IMG/VR virus record: IMGVR_UViG_3300045988_034373
Coordinates: 64,001-128,000 of that record
From: a virus
Strand: one strand, 5' to 3'
Length of the DNA: 64,000 nt
Under the pieces are notes generated by a model. That model was given only the letters and a program-made list of their open reading frames with translations. It had not been told where the DNA came from and ran no database searches. Position numbers and translations under genes: made by a program. Below are positions 43,158 through 50,100 of the stretch, piece after piece; the first letter of the stretch is position 1; each line of letters opens with the position of its first letter.

Positions 43158-43711
43158 GAGTATTCTTTGGGTCTTTTGACCCACCCCATATTGGTCATGT
43201 TAATATTGTCACAGCTGCACTTAATTCTGGTATTGTTGACAAGGTTATAGTAGTTCCAGCATATAAGAGTGTATGGAAGAACACTGAAACTAAGTGGGAG
43301 TATAGACTCACTATGGCTAAGGAAACCTTTGATAACATTCCTGGAGTAGTTGTGGATGGCATTGAGTATCGTATCGCTAATGGAGAACCATTGCCTACTT
43401 ATAAGACCATTGAAGCATTAAAAGAGATTTATGGTGAGTTTATCATCGTAACATCTGCTGAGACTTATAAGGAGATTCCAAGATGGCAGCATGGTGAGGA
43501 GATACTAAAGGACAATAAGTTCTTAGTAGTAGATGTAGCACACTTTAATAGTGAGGATATTCCACATGATGAAGTGAAGGTTATCTATGCTCCTGATATT
43601 ACAATATGCTCTACAGCTATCAGAAAGTGGGTTGACAATGGTAGAATTATATTGCCATTTGTAACAGATGAAGTAAATTCAATAATTAGAAAGCTTGGGT
43701 TATACAAATGA
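43151..43711 (+). CDS. nicotinamide/nicotinate mononucleotide adenylyltransferase (NadD/NMNAT family)
   Basis: Motifs are GVFFGSFDPPHIGH (GxFxPxHxGH) and C-terminal ICSTAIRKW (ISSTxxR-like). Confidence 0.85.
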   Translation: MVGVFFGSFDPPHIGHVNIVTAALNSGIVDKVIVVPAYKSVWKNTETKWEYRLTMAKETFDNIPGVVVDGIEYRIANGEPLPTYKTIEALKEIYGEFIIVTSAETYKEIPRWQHGEEILKDNKFLVVDVAHFNSEDIPHDEVKVIYAPDITICSTAIRKWVDNGRIILPFVTDEVNSIIRKLGLYK

Positions 43712-44241
43712 GTCAAATCTATGTTTCAGGTCCTTGGTCTTTTGCTTCTGGAGTACAGCAAGTAGTTAAGAGTATAAAGGCTAAATCTAAGGGAGATAAG
43801 GTAGTTTATAGTGAGAAAGGAACTGAATATCAATTCTCTAAACTAGAACAATCCGACTATGTCGTATTCGTGTTGGATGGATTTGCATGGCAACAGAGGT
43901 TAGAAAGTATTTCTAAGGGAATGCTCTCAGAACTCATATGGTGTATTAATCATAGAGTTCCAATGTTCCTAGCTTACAAATCAGCTAACGGATTAGGCAT
44001 ATATGCAACTGAAATAGATGACAATTTAACCTTTAAGGGGATTGCAGGCACTGCTGACACCTTCTATCAGATTATAAACAATCAGTTTGGGACTATTGTA
44101 GCTCCAAATGATACTCCTGGGTTTGTTCTGAGTCACCAAGACACAGTATTAGGGAGTGATTGTGTATATTTGAAGGGAGAGTGGATAGCTGACCCATTAG
44201 ATTTCCTTAATGTTGAACAACCAAAGAGTTACTTTTATTAA
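43708..44241 (+). CDS. hypothetical protein (nucleoside 2-deoxyribosyltransferase-like Rossmann fold?)
   Basis: IYVSGPWSF...SDYVVFVLDGFAW...SKGMLSELIWCINHRVPMFLAY resembles the NDT/DUF4406 layout. Weak and from memory. Confidence 0.45.
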   Translation: MSQIYVSGPWSFASGVQQVVKSIKAKSKGDKVVYSEKGTEYQFSKLEQSDYVVFVLDGFAWQQRLESISKGMLSELIWCINHRVPMFLAYKSANGLGIYATEIDDNLTFKGIAGTADTFYQIINNQFGTIVAPNDTPGFVLSHQDTVLGSDCVYLKGEWIADPLDFLNVEQPKSYFY

Positions 44242-44242
44242 T

Positions 44243-44785
44243 ATGAAGAACTTTCCTTTATTAGACGAGAATGGTAAGGAATGGTGGATTAGCCGTTCTA
44301 TTGCTGTAACAGGATGTATATTTACATTCCTAAATGGTAAGTGGTGTGTGCTAGCCAATAAGAGAGGTGAAGGCACTCCCGATTTCCAGGGAATGTGGAA
44401 TATGCCATGTGGTTACTTAGACTTTGATGAAACTACAGCACAAGCTGTGGTTAGAGAGGTTTATGAAGAGACTGGTGTCAAGGTGAATCCAGAGTACTTA
44501 CACTTCTGGAAGTTCAATGACTCTCCAACTCAGAATAGGCAGAATGTATCATTCAGATACTATGCTCTAGTTGATGCACAGCCAGGTAATATCAGTGTAG
44601 GCACTGGTAATGACAGAGGTGGTGAAGAGGACGAGGTAGAAGCTATTGGATGGATTCCAGTAGACTCTATTGATAAATATCAGTGGGCATTTGGTCACGA
44701 TGAGATTATCAAAGAGTTTACTGAGTGGATGCACTTAGAAGATGGAGATTTGGATATGCAAGACATAGACTTAGACCCAGTATGA
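44243..44785 (+). CDS. Nudix hydrolase
   Basis: An exact Nudix box is present: GYLDFDETTAQAVVREVYEETGV (Gx5Ex7REUxEExGU). Confidence 0.9.
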   Translation: MKNFPLLDENGKEWWISRSIAVTGCIFTFLNGKWCVLANKRGEGTPDFQGMWNMPCGYLDFDETTAQAVVREVYEETGVKVNPEYLHFWKFNDSPTQNRQNVSFRYYALVDAQPGNISVGTGNDRGGEEDEVEAIGWIPVDSIDKYQWAFGHDEIIKEFTEWMHLEDGDLDMQDIDLDPV

Positions 44786-45159
44786 CATACTTTATAAGTG
44801 GACATAGAGACTTAACATGGGAGGAGTTTGCCAGATGGTATGCTCCTGCCATTAGTAAAGTCATTTGTACAGACAGTGAAGCTAAATTTGTTGTAGGAGA
44901 CTGTGAAGGTGCAGATAGAATGGCACAAGACTATCTATCATCCTGTGGAGTTTTCTTTAAGAATGTCACTGTATATCATATGTTTAAAGCTCCTAGATAT
45001 ATGACTAGAAGCTGTGTCCCTACACAAGGAGGTTTTACATCTGATGTAGAGAGGGATACGGCTATGACTGAGCACTCAGATTGTGATATTGCCTTTATTC
45101 GTAAGGGTAAGGAGTCGTCTGGAACTGCTCAAAACATTCTAAGAAGATGGACAAAGTAG
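44782..45159 (+). CDS. DUF2493/YspA-like SLOG-fold protein (tentative)
   Basis: ATGA overlap. YFISGHRDLTWEEF...FVVGDCEGADRMAQDYL resembles the SLOG pattern hhhSGxR...GGxxGADxxA. Confidence 0.45.
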   Translation: MTYFISGHRDLTWEEFARWYAPAISKVICTDSEAKFVVGDCEGADRMAQDYLSSCGVFFKNVTVYHMFKAPRYMTRSCVPTQGGFTSDVERDTAMTEHSDCDIAFIRKGKESSGTAQNILRRWTK

Positions 45160-45329
45160 AAGAATACTTCAATAATAAGAATCTGACTGATAAGGAAAGA
45201 TTTGAAGTCTTGAGGTTACATTTTACTAGTCTATTCCTACAACATCCTAAGATGCTCGAAGTTCTATCTTATAAGGATATAGTACTGAAAGCTAAAGAAT
45301 TTACCAAAGAATATCTAAAGCATGAATAA
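45147..45329 (+). CDS. hypothetical protein
   Basis: 60-aa ORF. Confidence 0.5.
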   Translation: MDKVEEYFNNKNLTDKERFEVLRLHFTSLFLQHPKMLEVLSYKDIVLKAKEFTKEYLKHE

Positions 45330-45741
45330 GTTTATATTCCTAGACATAGATGGGGTTATGAATAGTAATCTCTTCTACTCTGAAAGAACCCAAGATAAGA
45401 GATATAATGATTGGATTAAAGAGCATCCTCAGCGTATAGCTTGGAATGCTTGTAATATTGACCCAAGAGCAGTGGAAAGGCTGAACAGACTTACTGATGC
45501 TACTGGAGCCAAGATTGTTGTATCTTCTACTTGGAGAAGTGATAGTAATTTGCAGGAAGTATTTAACCTTGTTGGAATTAAAGAACCTATACACGATGTA
45601 ACTCCTTATATGAGAAGTAGGCATAGAGGTTCCGAAATCCAAGAGTGGTTAGATAAGCAAACTGAACCTTATCGGTATGTAATCTTTGACGATGATACTG
45701 ATATGTTGGACTCTCAATTACCTTATTTCAATTCAATCTGA
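45322..45741 (+). CDS. HAD-superfamily phosphatase (HAD_SAK RNA-repair-associated type); a C-terminal extension is in the +1 frame to 45832
   Basis: Motifs are FIFLDIDGVMNS, VVSSTWRS and VIFDDDTDM. After the TTT at 45726-45728, the +1 frame reads ...IQSDWLKWGLSDEDVEQAIHILNDTDTTAETHL*. Confidence 0.6.
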   Translation: MNKFIFLDIDGVMNSNLFYSERTQDKRYNDWIKEHPQRIAWNACNIDPRAVERLNRLTDATGAKIVVSSTWRSDSNLQEVFNLVGIKEPIHDVTPYMRSRHRGSEIQEWLDKQTEPYRYVIFDDDTDMLDSQLPYFNSI

Positions 45742-45952
45742 TTGGTTGAAATGGGGTCTAAGTGATGAAGATGTTGAACAAGCAATACATATTCTAAATG
45801 ATACCGATACAACCGCTGAGACACATCTATAATGACCCTTCATTGGATAGAGCACTTCTATTAAGGAAGCTAGCATCTCTCAGACTAAAAGAGTATGATT
45901 AGTATTGAAGAGTATGAGTATTTAAAACATTTAATAAGAAAGGAGAACGAAA

Positions 45953-46417
45953 ATGCTCAGAGAGCAAATGGGTGCACTTATTAAGCAATCAATGCTTGAT
46001 AAGAATGTAAAGAGAACAGAAGTATTGAGAGCTATCAAGAATGAGTTCTTGGTATACCAAACTGCTAAGGGTGCTAAACCTTTAGATGATGCAGCCGAGT
46101 TTACTATTCTTCGTAAGATGGTAAAACAGAGATTGGACAGTAGAGACCAATACATTGCAGCTGGAAGGAAAGACTTAGCCGATAACGAATCCAAAGAGAT
46201 TCTTGTGCTTGAGTCTTTCCTTCCGAGTGAAGCCTCACCTGAGGAAATTACTAAAGCAATCTATGAGGTTATCTCAGAGAAGGGTTGGGGTGACGGAGAG
46301 ACAGGTCCCCAAATCCCGAAGAAGTGCATGGGAGAGGCTATTAAGTTGGTCAAGGCAAAGCTTGCTAATGTAGATGGTAAACTGTTGGCTGATACAATTA
46401 AGACTTATCTTGTATGA
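45953..46417 (+). CDS. GatB/YqeY-domain protein
   Basis: LREQMGALIKQSMLDKNVKRTEVLRAIKNEF...ILESFLP fits the YqeY family pattern. Confidence 0.65.
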   Translation: MLREQMGALIKQSMLDKNVKRTEVLRAIKNEFLVYQTAKGAKPLDDAAEFTILRKMVKQRLDSRDQYIAAGRKDLADNESKEILVLESFLPSEASPEEITKAIYEVISEKGWGDGETGPQIPKKCMGEAIKLVKAKLANVDGKLLADTIKTYLV

Positions 46418-46626
46418 CACTAAAGGAAATAGTGACTCTTCCAGCTGAAGCAAAGTTTACTCATGCAATAGCTGGAACTCTTTACTATAGAATCACAACT
46501 GACAATATAGTAGTAGAGTTTCCTATTGATATGAATGATAAGGATGATGTAGGTACAACTACATTTGTAGCTTCTTATAAGCCTATTTACATTAATGAGG
46601 TACATAAGAAAGGCTATGGAGAATGA
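46414..46626 (+). CDS. hypothetical protein
   Basis: 70-aa ORF with an ATGA overlap. Confidence 0.5.
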   Translation: MTLKEIVTLPAEAKFTHAIAGTLYYRITTDNIVVEFPIDMNDKDDVGTTTFVASYKPIYINEVHKKGYGE

Positions 46627-46729
46627 AACTTTGATTACAATTGATAAGTCTAAGTTAAAGTAATTGTACTGTGTAATAATTAACTAATATGTCTTACTCT
46701 ACTCGAATTTCATAAAATACTTGGTTTAA

Positions 46730-46761
46730 TTTGGTAATACTGCTTATAATGCTTATATTTG
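46730..46761 (+). promoter_or_regulatory. Bacteroidota-type promoter heading the giant-protein block
   Basis: AATTTGGTAAT (TTTG at 46730-46733), a 20-nt spacer, then TATATTTG at 46754-46761. It sits in a 174-nt intergenic gap. Confidence 0.6.
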
Positions 46762-46800
46762 CAGAAATTAAGTGGTTAAACTGTTTAAACGTATTAATTT

Positions 46801-47115
46801 ATGAAAATCGAAGAGAAATTTAAAAAATTCCAACAAGGTGGTGCTGCACCTCAGCCAGGAGCTGAACAAGCAGGAGGAGCACCAGCCGAGGGAGCACCAG
46901 CAGAAGGTGGTGCACCTGCTGAGGGTGGACAAGACCCAATGCAACAGATTCTACAAGTAGCTGCTCAGGCAGTTCGGACACAGAATTGTGAAGCTGCGAT
47001 GGCTGTGTGTCAAGCCCTAATGCAAATCGCTCAAGGTGGTGCTGCTCAGGAACAAGCTCCTCAAGAGGAACCAACTTTTGCAAGGAAAGGTGCTAGACTA
47101 GTAAGAGTAAGATAA
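46801..47115 (+). CDS. small Ala/Gly/Pro/Gln-rich low-complexity protein (104 aa)
   Basis: It has its own promoter (46730-46761) and terminator (47133-47166). It contains KFQQGG, three APAEG repeats and a basic tail ARKGARLVRVR. It is locally GC-rich. Confidence 0.65.
   Translation: MKIEEKFKKFQQGGAAPQPGAEQAGGAPAEGAPAEGGAPAEGGQDPMQQILQVAAQAVRTQNCEAAMAVCQALMQIAQGGAAQEQAPQEEPTFARKGARLVRVR
46873..46929 (+). repeat. in-frame imperfect tandem repeat (GG)APAEG x3
   Basis: gga gga gca cca gcc gag / gga gca cca gca gaa / ggt ggt gca cct gct gag ggt gga. Confidence 0.7.
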
Positions 47116-47132
47116 TTAGTCAACAAGGTAAG

Positions 47133-47166
47133 AAGGGGCGTATATTAATTATATGCTCCTTTTTTG
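47133..47166 (+). terminator. intrinsic terminator
   Basis: A stem of about 12 bp (AAGGGGCGTATA / TATATGCTCCTT, two G-U pairs), followed by a T run. Confidence 0.65.
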
Positions 47167-47179
47167 TTATACATAGTAT

Positions 47180-50100
47180 ATGTCACAAGTAATAAGAAAA
47201 TTTGAGAACTCTGGTAAGATAGAACAATCTAAGCCAGAACTATTCGAGAGAAGTGGCGTTGGTAAGTACAATAAGGCTGATTTAGTTGCTGGACTATATA
47301 GGAACATAGATACCTATATAAAGAATAATAATCTTAGCGGAGACAAAGCAGTTTCATTTAGGAACTCTGCTAACCAGTTTATTAAAGGTATTGAGAGTGG
47401 AACTATTAGTATGAATGGTGATGGTACATTCTCTGATGCAACAGGTAGTATGGCTAGTTCAGGAAAGTTTGATAAGAACTGGATAGGACGTAAGAAGGAC
47501 ACTACAAATAATGCCTTTAATTTAGTTGGTGACTATGCACTAGACTACATCAATCAGATGCAACAATACACTGAGCCAGCAGCTAAACCTAAAGAGAAGT
47601 TCAATACCAACAACTTCTTAACTAAAGAGATTTCTAAAAGATGGTATGGTGGTAACGATATAGATTTCGGTAACTGGTTCAAGAACAGAGGTGAGCAAGA
47701 CCGTAATGCACTACTTGGAGAAATCTTCAATAATGCAGACTATAATCAACTATACCAAGATTATGATTGGACTGACACTGGAATTAACAGTGCAGAAGAT
47801 TTAGCTAATCGCGGAAGAGCATTTAGTACAGCCATTTCTAATAATACATTAGATAATGATGACTATAATACCTTTGCTACATTAGGTGGTAGTGGTTTAG
47901 ATAAGTTCTTGAAGGAGACTTCTATGGAAGCGGCTCCAACACCAGAGCAGGACAAAATGAAGACATGGGAAGCTGAGGCTAGAGCAGCTGGGGCAACCAC
48001 TCCAGAAGCAATCGCTGCATTTGTAAAAGGTAAACAACAGGATGAAGAGGCTACTAACCATGCTATCATTGAACAACAAGCCAAGAGAGATAGTAAGATG
48101 GAGAGGGACGCTTTCTTCAATGATTATGCAGTCAAAAATCCATTCAAAGAGACTATTCAATCAGGATATACTCCTAGCTCTGTGTCATATAAGCCAGAAG
48201 ACTTTGATAAGACTATAAGGGATTTCTATAATAACAATATTGACCAATACCTAAACGATAACCTATCTAGAGATTGGTTTAGGGCTGGTAACACTCAGCA
48301 CATTGCTAATCACATGGATTATCTGATTAATCATCTAAAGGTGAATCTTCCAGATGCAGGTGATGGGTTTGTGGCAATTCCTTCCACATTTGATTACAAC
48401 AATTACACTACAATGGTGTATAATCCAACAACTAGACAATATAAAGAGTCGTCTATGTTGGTAAATGATGCCCTAAGACGTCTTGCAGACGTTCATTATG
48501 ATAGTACTCGTACACCTAAGAGAGAGAATGGTGGTGTGCTTTATATGCAATTTGGAGGAACGTATAGTGCTGGGGCTAACTACAGTAACTATCAACAACA
48601 AAGGGCGCAAGAGAAGAAGACTAAGGAAGAGGAAACCGTCAAGCAGAAAGCTGAATCTAAGGGAAGAACTGTTGAAGAACAACAAATAGCTGATAGAAAG
48701 CCTGGAAGTATTACTAGTGGTGATTGGACTGGTGCTGACTATACTAGACTAGCATCTATAGTTGCAGACATTGGTTCTATTGGTGCTGCCTATGTTCCTG
48801 TATATGGTACAGCTGTATCAGCTGGATTAGGTATAGGTAGTTCTTTAGCTAATTATGGTGCTGACCTGTCAGAAAATGGATTTAAGTTGGGTGACTTAGG
48901 TGGATTAGCTATGAATCTAGGTTTAGATGCAGTAGGTCTAATTCCTGGACTAGGTACAGCAGCAAAGGGCAGTAAGATGCTCAAGACAGCTGTTAAATAT
49001 ATACCTAAAACATTATCCTTATTAGCGGCTTACAACTATACTGGTCCAGCTATAGAGTCTATGAAGAAAGCTATGTCTTCTGATGCTGAACTTACAGTGG
49101 ATGACTGGAGAAATATAGCAGAAGGATTTAAACTTGTACTTCAAGGAGGTAAAGGAATCAAGAGAGGCTACCAAGCTAAGAACCTAAAGAAAGACTTAGC
49201 AACTGGCAACAAGGTTCTTACTACATTAGGGGGTAAGGAGGTATCTGTAACTCCCGCTGAACTATCCGAAATCCGTTCTTATAGGAGGATTGAAGACCAA
49301 CAAGCTGCGCTGCAGTTATTAAAGAAGGATGATAACCTACAACTCGCTGGAGATTTAAATAAGAGGTGGTTCAATCCATCCCGTTATCTTCCCAACTCTA
49401 ATATTAGAGATGAATATGACTTTAATAAGACTGTAAAGAAGAGAACCTCTCAAGGCATAATAGAAGTGCCTAGAGTGTACAGTAACTCAGATAAATATAT
49501 TGCAGCTACCATGCAACGTAGTACTCCTCAAATTCCAGGAATTGATGAGTTGTCAGTAAAATATAACGACTGGAAGTATGGGGTTAAAAAGCCTAAAGCA
49601 AAAGCTAAAGGAAGTAAGACCTCTGATACAAAACCTTTACTAGCTCTTCCAGCCCCAGGTCAAACTCACAGAGTATTTACTATGGGTGGGGGACAACCTA
49701 GAGTACCTCAAGATGTAACTAACTCTTCTAATCTTAGAAAGCCAGGAAGCTATACTGATAGAGCTGTTCCAGTAGGAGGTACCCCAGTACAATCTCCTGA
49801 TGCTAATGCAGTTAGAGCAGTTAATACTATCAACTCTATATTAGAGCCATTTGTTCCTAAATCTAAGAACTTACCTGCTGTTATTCCTGCATCAAGAAAT
49901 GCTGAAAAGGTAGTAGCCTCTCAGACTGTACAGCCCAGTCAAAGATTGGACCAGTTCATTGAGGGGCAAATTCCAGGCAGAAGACAGTATGGTAGGCAGA
50001 GAGCTAAAACTGAGAGAGAATACAGAGATGTATTCCACCCAGCAGCTGAACGAGAGTACAACCAAGTATGGGATGAAGCTGTTAGAGGTAGAAAAGACTT

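Noticed and set aside
45742-45952. Several 10-35 codon ORFs in different frames (for example ATG45798 MIPIQPLRHIYNDPSLDRALLLRKLASLRLKEYD* and ATG45895 MISIEEYEYLKHL...), considered as another frameshifted gene.
   Set aside because: No family motif is present, and the junctions do not fall at a TTT run. Part of the region is already explained by the +1 extension of the HAD gene. There is not enough evidence to annotate.
46801-47115. A GC-rich island, considered as horizontally acquired foreign DNA or a mobile element.
   Set aside because: The GC excess is explained by the Ala/Gly/Pro codons of the low-complexity protein. The gene has a phage-typical promoter and terminator. There are no flanking repeats or recombinase genes.
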